NCBI GenBank assembly: GCA_021432655.1
Contig: MU271207.1
Coordinates: 18,022-82,021, forward strand
Reading direction: 5' to 3'
Length of the DNA: 64,000 nt
From: Atractiella rhizophila
Lineage: Eukaryota
The notes under the pieces are model-generated. The model was not told the origin of the DNA, searched no databases, and saw only the letters and a list, made by a program, of their open reading frames with translations. Position 1 is the first letter of the stretch, and every line of letters starts with the position of its first letter. Positions 26,087 to 39,379 of the stretch are shown here, piece after piece. A program made the position numbers and the translations under genes.

Positions 26087-27296
26087 ATGAAAGTCACGGT
26101 CACTATCGTTGTGCGTTACCTCGACTTCTTCCTTCCTGGCAGTCTGAATGATGAAGAACATTTTATTATAGCGTCACGGAGAGACGGCAGAGAACAAAGT
26201 GAGTACCAATAGTGCGCGATGATATGGGAAAGCTGACATGCGATGCTATCAGGCAAGGATCGTTCAAGGCCATCTAGATACAAAACTCAATGTACATGCT
26301 TCATCCAGCAATTTGGGTCAGATCTGCGTTTGTTGCCTGATCTCTATGTTTTAGGAGCTTGGATTGCAGCAAGCAATCGACACTGGCAAATATTTCGAGC
26401 GAGTTGGACAGAAATTTGACTTCTGCTTCAGTAGCGACTTGCAGCGCGCACAGAAGGTCTCACTTTCTGTCTCGTTCAATCCCACACATAGATGCTGACC
26501 TCTTTTCAAGACGGGAGAACTCATAATGGAGCAACTTAGCGAGCCGAAACACGTTCAAACTGATCAGCGGATACGGGAAAATGTAGGTCCAGCCGCATTC
26601 TTCATCTCCCTGCGATGACCATTCCCTCCAGTTTCTAGGCTCTTTACAAGTCAGTTTGCATCTTAACATACGATTTTTGCTCGACTCAGCCAAACCCACA
26701 CCACAGGGGTTGTCGTGGGACGCAAAACGCTCAGCTAGGTCCAACGTGGACGATTTTGGAGCTGAGCCTGTCGAGCATCTCAAAGCACGGTTGTGCGATT
26801 TCTGGGACTACCTCTTTCCTTCAACTCCCGGCTCGGTCACGCCTCTTGCTTCAGCACCAGATTTTGATGATGTAAAGGTTTTGATAACCACTCACGGAGG
26901 TGTGTTTATCTCATACTCCAACACGTTCGCAGAAGACAACTATTGTGCTTATGGCTCGGATGTAGGACCGGTGAGGCATCTAGTCATATCCTCTCTGGTA
27001 ATGGATCGTCGATACTCAGTTCAACCTGAACTTTCCCAAAATCTGAAACGAGGTGTTCCCGAATTTATCGCTCGTAGAGTAGGGAACTGCTGCATATCTA
27101 CGGTCCGCATGGAGAGTAGGGCAGATGGGAGCTGGGACGGGAGCGTTTTAGGTGCGTTACATTTCAACTGTGATCGATGTAGAATCGTGACACTGAATTG
27201 GTCGGGATAGAATATGCTAGTGAGAGGCATTTGAAGCCCGAGGATATCGATTTGAACGAGACTAACGCCGATAGCGTTGCGATCAGCAGTCTTTGA
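26087..27296 (+). CDS. Histidine phosphatase / phosphoglycerate mutase-like protein
   Basis: MKVTVTIV-RHGETAENK, IVQGHLD, FSSDLQRAQKT, LITTHGG and VGNCCIS. Confidence 0.88.
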
Positions 27297-28295
27297 ACTC
27301 ATCCAGTTAGAAGTTCTGTGCAACAGCCACTTATTCAAGTTGATGCTTAATTGTCTGAGCGCGTCGATGGAATCCTATTGGAGCTAACAGTTGGATGTTA
27401 CATCGACAGTGCAATGCCTCGAAGCACCTGACCCGCGCAGCCGTGGCAACAAGCACTTGATGTTGCGGCTGTTGATTATAACCAACATGAGTGGTTGAAG
27501 TGACGACATTTGTAAGGCAAATCGGGATTGCTCTGGAGGGCCTATAAGACAGCAAAGCGGAGGGGGCATGGACGGTAATGATGACTTTTGAATGGAGACA
27601 ATCGGATTTAAGCGTGAATCAGGGCGAGGGCAAGACAGCAGCGCGGTATTCGGTCGAATGAGAGTATGCGATATTTGCACTTTATAATTCTCCCTTCTAC
27701 TAGAGAAAACATGTTTTGCTGCACCTCGTCCTTCAATGTCATGGTCATGGAACGCTTGGAAGCTGGTGACAAGCTCGGCAGGACTGCGCCAGCCTGAGCC
27801 GGACAACCAAAAACAACAGTAGCCGACAACTATCTTGATATTGCTCTGTTCTATCGAATCGGAGACGTCATTCCAGGTGGAGATGGTCTTTCTGCGTTCT
27901 TTGGAGTGTTCTGGAGGAGGGCAACAGTCCTCCAGTTCTCGTAATGACCTCTGCTCACACGAACTCTTTACTGCATGTTTCCCGCTCCGCTCCTCTGCGA
28001 TTGTGGAGCTCACAACTGGAAGTGGAAAACATGGTCCACCGATCAGTCCAATTACTCCTGTTAGGTTAGGTGGAGTTTGGCTTCAGCTGAGGCATCAGTG
28101 AGCCAGTGATCCGGCAATGAACCAGGGCAGAGTGACGACCCGCCTCCACCTCCACTCCAATGAACCCTAACATCAGCGTTCCTCATTTTAGAGAGCCCCG
28201 CTGGCCAAGGTATAAAAGCCACCTCCTTCCAACAGTGAAAATCAATCCACCAGGGTCGAGTTTGAAGCATCGAAGCAGCCCAGAAAGAAATAAGA

Positions 28296-29858
28296 ATGTC
28301 TTCCACTGGCAACAACCCTCTCAGGCAACTCGGGAAGAATGGTCCCAAGAGTACGTAACTTCCTTCCCTGTTTCCTCACGATTCTAATAATCATTGTGGT
28401 CGTTCAGTCCCGGCTTTAGGATATGGAGCGATGGGCCTCAGTGCGTTCTACAAGAACCAGAAGTCGGATGATAGCAACAGGGAGGTCTTGAGGAAAGTGC
28501 GTCATTGCAGCCAATCACGGCTTTTTGCCTTCTGTGAAATCTAATCATTGTGCTCAAAGGCTGTCGAACTTGGCTGCTCCCACATTGACACCAGCATAGG
28601 TTCGTCAGAGTCCACATGTTCCCTTGCGTTATCTAATAATGGGTTGGTCCAGTCTATGGCCCTCCTAACGGAAGAAACGAAATGTTGATTGGCTCTCTAC
28701 TCAAAGACAAGGCATTCAGGGAGAAAGTCTTTATTGCAACCAAGTTTGACTTCCCCCTTCTGACAAAGCCACAGCGCTAACAAAGTGTAACAGGTTCGGC
28801 CTCGCCTTCACGGAAACAGGCATGATGCAGTCCGGCAAGCCTGAAGACGTTCGAAGGTGGTGCGAGATGTCGTTGAAACATTTGGAAGTGGACAGCATCG
28901 ACTTGTATTACCAACATCGAGTGGATAGATCCATCCCCATCGAAGAAACGTGGAAGGAATTGGCAAAATTGCAGAAGGAGGGGAAGGTCAAGTATCTCGG
29001 TATCAGTGAGGCTACTGCTGAGGAAATTAGGAGGGCAAATGCTGTTGCAAAGATTAGTGCTCTCCAGATTGAGGTTAGCTCTATATTCTGCCTCGCTTCG
29101 AGAAAGCTGAACTTGTGGATATTGAAGTTCTCCCCTTGGACTCCTGACATTAAATGGAACGGTATCCTTGATACTTGTCGTGAATTGGGTATTGCGATAG
29201 TCGCTTATTCTCCTTTGGGCAGAGGTAAGCGACTTGCTTTCTATGTTGGTGTCAAAAAGACTGAACTATGCCTCTTTCCAGGTTTCTTGACTGGCGCAAT
29301 TAAGAGTCCCTCTGATTTTGACGCAGACGACTTCAGGGCTTCGATTCCAAGATTCCAGGGTGAGGCGTTCAAGGAGGTGAGTTGTTATCTGTCCATTTTC
29401 CCGATATTCTGAACTTACGCGGACGACAGAATCTCAAACTTGTGGATGCACTTAAAGAAATTGCGACCAAGAAAGGCTGCACTCCTGGTATTCATCCCGG
29501 TTTCTTTCGCCATGAAGTTCTGGCTCATGAACGTCACAGGGCAATTGACGCTGGCTTGGGTTCTCGCTCAAGGAGACGAGTGAGTTCTTCTAGAACATGT
29601 GCCGTTCAGTAACTGAGGATATGATTCAGCTTCTTCGCCATCCCTGGAACAACGAGCACGAAGAATCTCGAAGAAAACGCTGGAGCGTTGAACGTGGTCC
29701 TGACCGCAGAAGATATCAAAGCTATCGATGACATTACGGAGAAAATCAAGTCAATTGGGGAGAGGGTTTGTTCTTCTGCTTTTGTACGATGGAGAAGTAG
29801 GACTAATTAATGCGAACAGTATGACGAGAGCTTCATGAAAGCTTCGGCTGGGTTTTGA
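28296..29858 (+). CDS. Aldo-keto reductase (YakC/AKR13-like)
   Basis: [54 protein letters not shown] and IPGTT. TATAAAA is at 28211. Confidence 0.93.
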
Positions 29859-30315
29859 GGAGGAGGCGAAAGCGTCTAGTCAAGAAAGAATAATCTGTAT
29901 CTGCCATATGTTCACCACTGTTAAGGAAAATAAAGGGATGGCAATGAGTAATCCAAATCAACACGGTAGAGTAAGGATGATAGAAACTCGAGCTGCCAGT
30001 CAGACCTTCTTTAAGCACACTACCTTATTGCTACGCTGCGAAATAGGTCATGCTACATTCGTTGAAATTCAAATTCACTAGCACACTCGGAGATTCTTGT
30101 CATCTTTGAATGCATGTTTTAGATGAGAACAGCAGAACTGATCAAGAAAAAAAACTCGCAACACTGGAGGGATGGGTAATGGGTCGACTAGTTGTCAAGT
30201 AACGAGGTATTCCTCAATTTCCAGATTGTATGTCGCTTACGTCGTCTGGGTCGCTCCGCAGACGCACGTTTAGGAATATATGTAAAGGGGAGGAAATCTC
30301 CCAGATTGAGGACAG

Positions 30316-33106
30316 ATGGCGCGCCAGAACGATTCTCTCTCATCGACTTTTGCGAAAGAAACGCAAGGCTTGACGAAACTCTACTCGGAGCTGGCAAAAT
30401 TGGGGATTCGAGACGATGAAATTCAACTACCCGGAATTGTAGTCGTCGGAAACCAAAGCGCAGGAAAGAGCTCCTTGGTGGAAGCAATTTCTAAGGTCCG
30501 TGACAACCACAGCATGGAATTGAAGGTTTATGGGAGAAAAGATTGCCCTTCCCAGGGATGTCGGGACTTGCACCAGATGTCCCGTCCAGATTGCGATGTT
30601 TTCCAATGATGAAACAATGGACTGGTCTTACTCCTTTAGCATCCAACTTCAATATGACAGGAAAAGCGGAGGCAAGTTGATCTCTGGCGCGAGCACCATC
30701 GACTTTGGGAGTGTCCTTCAGAATCGGCAAGCGGTGACACCAAGAATCAAACGAGCCCAAATGTTCCTTCTCCTACCTGATTTAACTGTCGAAGATTGCC
30801 TGAATAAGAGTTTAGAGGAGCTGGAGAGAGAATTTGTATTGAAAGGGACAAAAACTTCATTTTCGAAGAACACAATTCACGTTGAAGTCAAGGGTCCTGG
30901 ATTGCAAAATCTCATCTTTACCGATCTGCCGGTGAGCACATCGACTTCTCCAAAGCCTTCTGGTTACTCTCAGAACTAAAATGTGATTTAGGGGCTAATC
31001 AGCACCACCGGGAAGAGAAGCAGCGAGTGCTTTGACAACTCTGTCGGCCTCATTCGCTCGTTGGTCGAGGAGCAAATGGCAAAAACATCCAACCTCATCC
31101 TGCTTACTATGCCAATCACCGGTGAGTTCCCCTTGCGAGCCAGTGAATGCTCAAAATGATGCTCTGTATTTTAGACGACATCAACAATCAAGCTGCATTT
31201 GATCTCGCAGCAGCGGCCGACCCTAGCGGTACTCGACGCATAGGTGAGAGGTCAAATTCGCGGTGGAGCTACACTGACTCATGAATGGTCCAGGTGTTCT
31301 CACAAAACCCGACATCCTTCAAACGGAAGAGGAAGTCAGAAGAACATGGTTGCCCATTTTTCTCAACAAAGACGAACGTTACTCTCTCAGCCAAGGCTAC
31401 TTTGTTACCAAACAGCCAGGATTTGCCCAAGAAAGAACGGAAGATTACGACCATGAAGAGCTACAATGGCTCCGAGAAACTGAGCCATGGAAATCAGTGC
31501 CGCTCCAGTTTCAGAATCGAACGGGTATTGGACATCTGATTACGTTTCTCAGCAAGCTGCTTTCAGGACTTCATAGGGCGAGGTGCTCAAGCTTCTCAAT
31601 ACTTGTTCCAATTAACATTGTCATAGTTTACCCACTCTGATCGACCAAATCGAAGCCCAGCATCTCGAGGTGGTCTACAGGTTAAATAGTCTTCCCCCGC
31701 CGCCAGCTCGTGATCCTCTCTTTGAGCTTCAGCTAGTTTGCCGCAAACTGTCTACGAATTTCAGGGCGTTTACTTCTTGCGCTGCCGAATACGAATCATT
31801 CGTTCAGGACGTTAATGTCTTATATGAGCATTTTGGCCGAGCAATTATAGCTTGCAAGCCAGTTTTTTCGCTCAAAACTGACCAAGAATGCGAATTCGCT
31901 GATGGCGGACCATCTGATACTAGCCTCGAGATTTCAGTGGAGGAAGAGGCTGGTGAATTACTTCCCACAAAGCCCGAGCCTCGAGGAAAGAAGGGAGGGA
32001 AAGGAAGCAACGCGAATGTCATGGGAGAGTGGCAGGTCATCAATTTCAATCTTGTGCAAATGAGAGAGCATGTGCGCAAGTATGAGCCCTCTTGTCCAGA
32101 CAATCACAGCTACTGACTAGTAAAACTGCTATTCCAGGTATCGCGGAATTGAACTTCCACTGTGCACACCTTACGCCGCAACGCTCACCTTGATTCGTAG
32201 GACTAGTCAGACATGGTCTCACGAAGCAGTAAAATGTTTTGAATCAGTTCGCACAACCACAACGAGTTTGTTTTTGCGCCTTTGCGAGGAGCTGACAGAG
32301 AACTATGTGGGGAATGAATTCAGAGAAAGACTCATGTATGTTGGTTATCATTCTGACCCACCACCTCATGGAATGGCCAGGACGACATTTGACCTCCAGT
32401 CAAACAAGCTGAGCACAAAGACACTTGCGACCCTCAAGAGTCTGACAAATGTCGATCAAATTCCCTTCACCCAGAACTTGCATTACCTCAAGGAGTGCCG
32501 AGACAAAGCGCTCCGAACGATGAAGGATATGCGAGCTCCCTTCCGGAACTTCCCAACCCTCCCCGAAGCGACGCCAGGCTTCCACTCCGTCAGAAAAGTT
32601 TACCACCCGCCCAGTGACAAGGTTCAAGACGCTCTGACGGCTTTATCAAACATAGGGTATAATGTCAAGAAAGAAGATCTCCCAGCATTGTTGGGCCCTG
32701 ATGAATATGAAGAAGAAATGATTGTAATGGCAGGGGTACTTGCATACTTCAAAGTAGGCGATTTGTCCTTCTGCAGCTGTTTTTTGCTCTGACCACTGTT
32801 CACAGGTTTCATACAAGGCAGGTCTGCTTCCTTCCTTCCGCTCCGTTTTTCTGAAACAGTAGTGCACAGCTCATTATTGACAACATCCCGAAAGTCATTA
32901 CTCAGGACTATATACGGGAATTAGGGAACATTATGGAAGAGAGCCTGTTGGAGGAATTCAGCTTGAAGGAGGAGAATACGGTCGAGTCTTTGAAGGATTT
33001 AGTTGCGGAAGACGAGTGGATGAAAACAGCGAGAGATAGCTTGCAGGCTTCGAAGGACCGTTTGCAGGAAGCCAAAGAGCTTGTGAGGAAGTTCAAAAAA
33101 ATGTAG
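30316..33106 (+). CDS. Mx-like dynamin-family large GTPase
   Basis: G1 VVGNQSAGKSSLVEAIS, G2 GTCTRCP, G3 DLPG and G4 TKPD. C-terminal GED-like region includes PFTQNLHYL and MAGVLAYFKV. Confidence 0.9.
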
Positions 33107-34036
33107 AACACAAGTTTGACAATGCAGAAAGAAAAATTTCCCAGATGCGACATTCAGAGGAGATGCTCACCTCCTTCAGCTCTAACCCGCAGCTTTAGTA
33201 CCTTGTACCTTAGTACCTTGTAACTTCAATCCCTCACTCTTCAAGTATCTAAACTCGCGCTTGCTCTCAAGAACACCTCAACTCAGTAATCACCTCTAAC
33301 GAACTAGCTGTCAAATTGGGCATTCCTTTGCAGCTCCCGGAGGTGGTCAAACGACTAAACGGAAAGAAAACCAGGCCTCTACCTATCATCTCTCGGCGTG
33401 AGAAAGAAGAGTTCAGAATGCATCGAACTCTGCATGGAAACTGAGCTGAATAAGAGAAGGTAGATGGGAAGAGATAAACAAGCGTGAGCCTCACGTTCCT
33501 CTGGAGGGGCCTGTGGGTCCCGCAGACATTAGAAAACTGCTGACATTAGAAAACTGCTGGTCTTGCCTTGCACCTTGAATGGTGGCTTTTTCTTGTCGGT
33601 CGAAACGAGGTGATCACATTCATTGCGGTTGCTATCACAAGCATGGAGCGATGAATCCTGCTGCAACATTAAGAAGCTGTACGAGTGAAGCGAAGCAAGT
33701 GAAAACCCCGGAACAAAGGAATCTCAGTGATCTCATGATCGACAAGTAAACCCCCTTTGTTTGGCTTGCTTTGGATTCTCGAAACAAAGATTCTTTGTCC
33801 TTAATTCCATTGGGGATTCATGAATGCTAGCGCGTCCTAGTCCTCGTCACGATTATGTAGAGCTTCCCTCCGCAGTGGGAGCAGTCCCTTAAAACCCTGA
33901 GACAAGGCTTTGGGCTCGCGCTCGCGATTCATTAACTTATACGATACCTCGTCCAGTGCAATCTGCAGCATTCGCTTGAAACTATTCTTTCCTTCGTGTC
34001 TTTCTAGCCCTGTTCGAGTCGCAGTGGTTGTTCATC

Positions 34037-34828
34037 ATGCGAGTCTTCCCTTTGCTCCTCTTGTTCTCGACGACGACCATCGCATCCATGATTCGTCAAA
34101 AACGACAAATAGCCCCTCCGTCCACATTCACAAATGGTACGTCTTCTCCTTCCTACATTCTCCTCCGTAACCTCCAAATGCTGGGTGAAGGTACACAAGC
34201 ACATCTTTACGTCGTCTTCCTCCCTTCGCCCGATTCCACCACCTCTCCTTCCTCTACAACAAGCAAGCGAGTAGTGTCCCAAGTTACGAGGGGAGGCGTG
34301 ACGAAGGGGCGGCGAGGGATCGTGACTGACGCTCGAAACTCGACAGCGATCAACGACGAGCCGTCCGTCTACACGTTACACGGTTCCGTGAGCCTGCTCC
34401 CTTCTTTCTTCTTCCTAACTATGGCTAACGCTGGTGCAATATGTCACGGTGGAAAGGACGACGACGTCACTGCAGTTTCTCTAACTGTCCAGCTCGTCTC
34501 ACCACCTCCATCGAGCGCAGAAAACTTCAAAGAGGACTCCTATGCCCTGCTCTCACTCTCTCCCTTCACAGCTTCCCAATACGTCGCACCTATCTCGCCG
34601 CTCCAAAACGCTTCATACAACCTCGGTCCTTCCGACGCCCCTTTCTATTACTCGATCCAAGAAGGAGAGGCGGCAGGGACGGGAAAGGTGGAGTTGGAGG
34701 GTATGGAGTGGGCTGTGGACTTGAATGAGGATGGAGGGAATGGGGATGTTGTGCTCTTTAAGGATGGAAGGTGGAGCGAGGGGTATGGAAGGATCAGTGT
34801 TTGGGTGGAGGTGTGCACGAGTTGTTGA
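34037..34828 (+). CDS. Hypothetical secreted protein with KR (Kex2-like) site; probably spliced
   Basis: MRVFPLLLLFSTTTIASMIRQKRQ at the start of a long open frame that contains intron-like segments. Confidence 0.65.
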   Translation: MRVFPLLLLFSTTTIASMIRQKRQIAPPSTFTNGTSSPSYILLRNLQMLGEGTQAHLYVVFLPSPDSTTSPSSTTSKRVVSQVTRGGVTKGRRGIVTDARNSTAINDEPSVYTLHGSVSLLPSFFFLTMANAGAICHGGKDDDVTAVSLTVQLVSPPPSSAENFKEDSYALLSLSPFTASQYVAPISPLQNASYNLGPSDAPFYYSIQEGEAAGTGKVELEGMEWAVDLNEDGGNGDVVLFKDGRWSEGYGRISVWVEVCTSC

Positions 34829-35228
34829 TGCCATCCTTTGAGGATTTCTGTAATGGGCAAAGGCAATGTAATAGGAGCATGCAACTTCTTGAGATACTGT
34901 AGTGTAGTGCAAGTAAAGAGCATGTTATCTCAATAGCCATGGTATCTATCCACCACGTAAACAAACATACAATCAATCGTCCTTCCTCTCGCTCATTAAA
35001 TAACAGCAATCGAAAAGGATTCGAACATGGACAAAGAAAGATAAAGGACAAATCATCGAGAAAGACGAAGATTCGAAAGAGAGCATGGTAAAGTAAGTAA
35101 CTTGCTGTATCTGTATTTGAATTACGAGATGAGATGAATGAGCATGAAACAATGTCCTTCTTCCTCCAATCCTCCGTCTATACGTATATTGTGAGTTCGT
35201 ATCGCATTGTTTTGTGAAGGAGTATCAT

Positions 35229-36405
35229 CTACTCCTTCGGTGGGGGCATCGGCGGCTCTGGCGAGTTCTCTCGCTTAGTAACGGCTTGAGGAGGGAAAGC
35301 GAGCCCTCCTCCCTTCGCAGCTCGCGAACTCGATGGAAGCTGAGGGGCTGCGGTTGCTCCTAGCGGGGAGGAGGAGGTTGGAAGCGTGGGTAGTGGAGGG
35401 GAAGGCTCGGGTGGTGTTTCGTCCTTCTCTTCGATCGGGTGGATGTCTCCCTATTCCACGACCACACAACGTATAATCAGACAACACTCTCTACTTAGAA
35501 TGACGGCGATGGGACTAAAAAGGGAAAGCGAATGAGGTCGACGAGGAGAAAAGACGTACAGAGGCACCGTTCACACTCCCCCGACTCCCCGTCCTCGGCG
35601 TCTCCTCCCCTCCGTTGCCATTGCCATTGCCATTTCCATTCCCGTATCCTCCTCTCTTTCTCCCATAAGGCAACGGAGGCATAGGCAACGGCTCCTCCAT
35701 ATCCTTCTCCTTCCCCACCCCACCCAACCCCATAAACAACGCCGCAACCGGCATCTTCTGCTCTCCCTTCCCACCCGCACCACCATTGAAGCTACCGCTC
35801 CCATTGCCAAAGTTGACGCTCCCAAACGTGGTCGGAGTCGACACGCCGGACTGTGAGGGTGTGGGTGCGAAGGAAGAGACGGGGTTGGGGGAGAGCGCGA
35901 CGGCCGCTTTCTTGCCCGCCTTCATCGACGCTTCCCACTTCTTCCTGTCCCGCCTCGCTACCGTCTTCCGTCGACAGGTGATGAGGATGATGAAGAAGAG
36001 GCCGAAGAGGACGAGGCCGCCTACCGTCCCCGCTGTTCGTTCGCCGCATCATACAAACATACATGGAGATGGATCAGATCGGTATGTCCCGCATCGTGCA
36101 GAGGAAGAGGGAGGATGGAGAGAGAAGAGACGAACCTGCAGCCGCGATCCGCTGGTTCGAATGGTCCTTTTTCGGTTTCGGGGTCTCCGTCGCCGTGCCC
36201 GTGGGCGTACCAGTCGTATCAGTAGCGGTCGCAGGATCATCCTGCCTCTTCCAAAGATCGTGAGCTGGAGTAGGGACTATTCGTTTCGACGCATCCGAGT
36301 CGAGTTTAAATTAATTGGAGTGGAGGAACGGCCGAAAATAGTCAGCATTCTCGTTTTCTTCGTGCGTTTTCGTGCAGAGAGAAGGCAGGGAGACTAACCG
36401 AGCAT
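35229..36405 (-). CDS. Single-pass membrane protein with short Thr-rich N-terminus and low-complexity tail
   Basis: Spliced MLVPTPAHDLWKRQDDPATATDTTG...AAAAGTVGGLVLFGLFFIILITCRRK joins ORF 35515-35925. Confidence 0.65.
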
Positions 36406-38070
36406 GGTTTTTTGGTCTTGTGGATGGGAGGTTGATGGGAGGAAGAAAGGTAGAAATCGCGGTCAGAATCCGGAGTCTCGCCGTTCTTGCCGCCTTGCTT
36501 GTTTGTTTCGTAAGGAAGCGGCGGAATGGGATGCTTGTTCGTCGTCAAAAGCTCCAAGAAAACTCTGCACTGCACACAAAAGGGAAGGAAGAGCGTTAGA
36601 TAACGTTAGCATACGTAGAGACAGGCTTGCCCTCGATAGATAATGAGAAGAGCAAAGTTGCCAAGTTAGAAGGAAGAAGCCGAGGATTTTTCGTCCTGTG
36701 TCAGCGTCAAAGATAGACGTAAAACTCCGCCGACCGTACACTTGTGCACTTGAAGCAGCGACCGCTGGTATCGTGGCCTACAGCGAAGGGACTTGCTGGG
36801 CTAAATCGTGAGGGAGCGAGGGAGATGGTGGTTGGTTGAGTGACGCTGGTGGGAGACGTGAGATCATATTCCGAATGCTTCTCCGTCGGAGAAACTCATC
36901 AACATCGCATCAACACCCAACCACGAGGGACGATTCCACCAACGTTGCTCCTGAGAGGATCTGCAGAGGAAGATCAAGATGGAAGGAACTCACATCCGTT
37001 GGGCGGGGTTGTGGTGAGTGGGAGCCTGAGTTAGTTGGACTAGTTGGTGTTGAAAGGTGGAGAGGGAGACATTGCCATTTGACAGGCAATTTGGGTGATG
37101 AAACGGAATTGTGAGCTTTCCACTGAGTGAGAGTGAAGTGGAATAGTGGAGGGTTCGAATCGTGTTGCAAAGTCAAGTCATTATTCATACCTCAAAGTGC
37201 TGTTATGAAATACAGTTGAGACCCTTCCTATGGCACCAGGCATCTTACTGCTCTCAGCAGCTATCGCAGCAAGCTCTAGTTTTAGTGAAGAAAGCCTAAG
37301 CCATTTCATAGACCAGTGGTGTAACTTGGTGACTATACATCACTTGCAAGTCTTGTTCCTATGTCAAGCTCCCAAAACAGCCAATTTCGGAGGAGGTGAG
37401 CTGCTATCTGCGATTCTGTCAGTTCCTCACGGGTCGTCGATTAAACGACGAGTATTTTTACGCTGAATAAGCCGAGAATAATTAGGCTACGTTGGACCCA
37501 ATTTAAAGCTCAAGCTCCAGCGCACAAAGCTCCTCCTTACCTGCCCATGGACGGCTCTCTTCAGCAAAACCTATGTTGACGGTGTAGTTGGCTCAGCAGG
37601 ACGTTGAGCTCAAACCCAATGACTCTGTGCCCTCTCCGCACACGAGATCGAACACACCAAGCTTCTGTACGTTCGATATAACTGTTGGTTTACGCGTTTT
37701 GTCGCGTTGTTGCCCAAGACTGGCTAAGATAGTATTCACCACAAGACATGCCGAGTGAGTCTATTCCTTGCGGGTACTGGTGGTGGTAAACAATGGGAAA
37801 GCGGATTTCTCTTTCCCGTTCCGCGATCTGTGGATTGAGATTGAAACTTAGAACTTTGACCAAGAGACCTGCAGAGCATTACATCGAAATGCTCATTCCC
37901 GAAAAGCGTACTCTTCTTTGAATGGTGTCAAAGTTGAAGTTGTTCCGCCAATTCACCTACTGGCAGACGAGAACGACGTAAATTCTACCTGTTGACTCAC
38001 TCCTCTTGTCACCTATAAAGGAGGGGACAACGTACGAACGTCCTCACCACCTGTCAAGAATTAAATCATA

Positions 38071-38564
38071 ATGGCACAGGCGACCTTGTCCCAACTGCCC
38101 TCCCTCAGCCGTTCCATCGACCACGACTGGATCTACCAAATCACATGCGCATTCAAGAGCTGGGTCGTACCCAACTGGCCCATCATCCTCACCTGGACGC
38201 TCATCTTCTTCATCGTCTTCTACGGAACCTGTGGGCTTGGATTCGGACCCGCCGGGGTCGCAGCTGGTGCGCCATCCATCCTCATCCCCATCTCCTTCCT
38301 CCTTTCGTCCTCTGCCTCTCGAGATCGTCAGGAGAAGGATGGCTCATGGGGTCATGCATAGGATCCATGGCCGCTGCATTCCAGAGCTATTGGTACGGAG
38401 GCTTCACTCCTGCTGGTGGCTTCTTCGCCATCTTGACTTCGATAGCCATGCTCGGTTTCCTCGTGCCCGTTTTGGCGTTTTTCTCCGTTTGCATCGCTTC
38501 TTTGATCACTTTTCTGCTTTGGTATTTCAGCATCGTACGTCCTGGTCCTCCCTTTTCCTGTTGA
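38071..38564 (+). CDS. IFI27/IFI6 (ISG12, Ifi-6-16)-like small hydrophobic protein
   Basis: Removing intron 38267-38361 gives LGFGPAGVAAGSMAAAFQSYWYGGFTPAGGFFAILTSIAMLG. TATAAA lies near 38014. Confidence 0.82.
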
Positions 38565-39379
38565 TTGGTATATCGGCACAATGCAAAATGTCCTGTTCAC
38601 ACCATTCTTTCTCCGTTTTGTTTCATAACTAACGAAAGTTGAAGAAGTTGTGCAAATCGCATTTCATCAACCCTTCCAAGTTCATCACTGCCTATGTCTC
38701 TTCCCAGGCACCAAGCAAAGTGGATACGCAACTTAGCGGAGAACGGAGGCAGACAGTCAATAATAATCCTGTGCTTGCTTACAATAACGACGACGAGACG
38801 AGAGTGTCTCCGTCTCCTCATGTCGCGCAAGAAATCAATTGAAAACGATGTCGTGAAGTTCCGCTCAGACAGTTCAAGGCAAGACATTGTCGTGCAGAGT
38901 TTAGGAGCCTTCCGATCCATCCCAATCATCATACACATTATTCGATTATGTATCAGCAGGGCAGGAACTTAAAAATACCTCCCTCTCCCGCCTAAATCCA
39001 CAAACTGTTCCACGAAAACCCCTCAGACAAATCCTTCTCACTCACCTTCGCCCTCATTAACCATTCTCTTGAGCAATTGATAATAAGTACAAGTTAAGGG
39101 TGTTGGCGTTGGGCTCACGGCCCGTTCTCCCAATGCTCGCTCGCTGATTGGCTGCTCGCACTCGCCCGCGGGTAGGTGGGGGGCTTCTCCTCCTTCCCCC
39201 TCCCGATCGATCGATCACTCGCCAGATTTCGGCAGATTGCATCAAGCACGCTATAAGGACGGCTTCTCTACCTGTCACCTTGTTCTCTGCAGCATTAACA
39301 AGCGTGCTTGGTGGTCAGCTTTGGTGGTCTACTAAAACACGAAAACATTGTGATTTTTTTAATTTGAAGTGCACAACAA

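Noticed and set aside
27384..28013. 209-aa minus-strand ORF
   Set aside because: No motif or gene-like structure; likely a chance ORF upstream of the aldo-keto reductase.
33195..33558. Short tandem duplications (ttagtaccttgta; gacattagaaaactgct x2)
   Set aside because: Ordinary slippage duplications in intergenic DNA.
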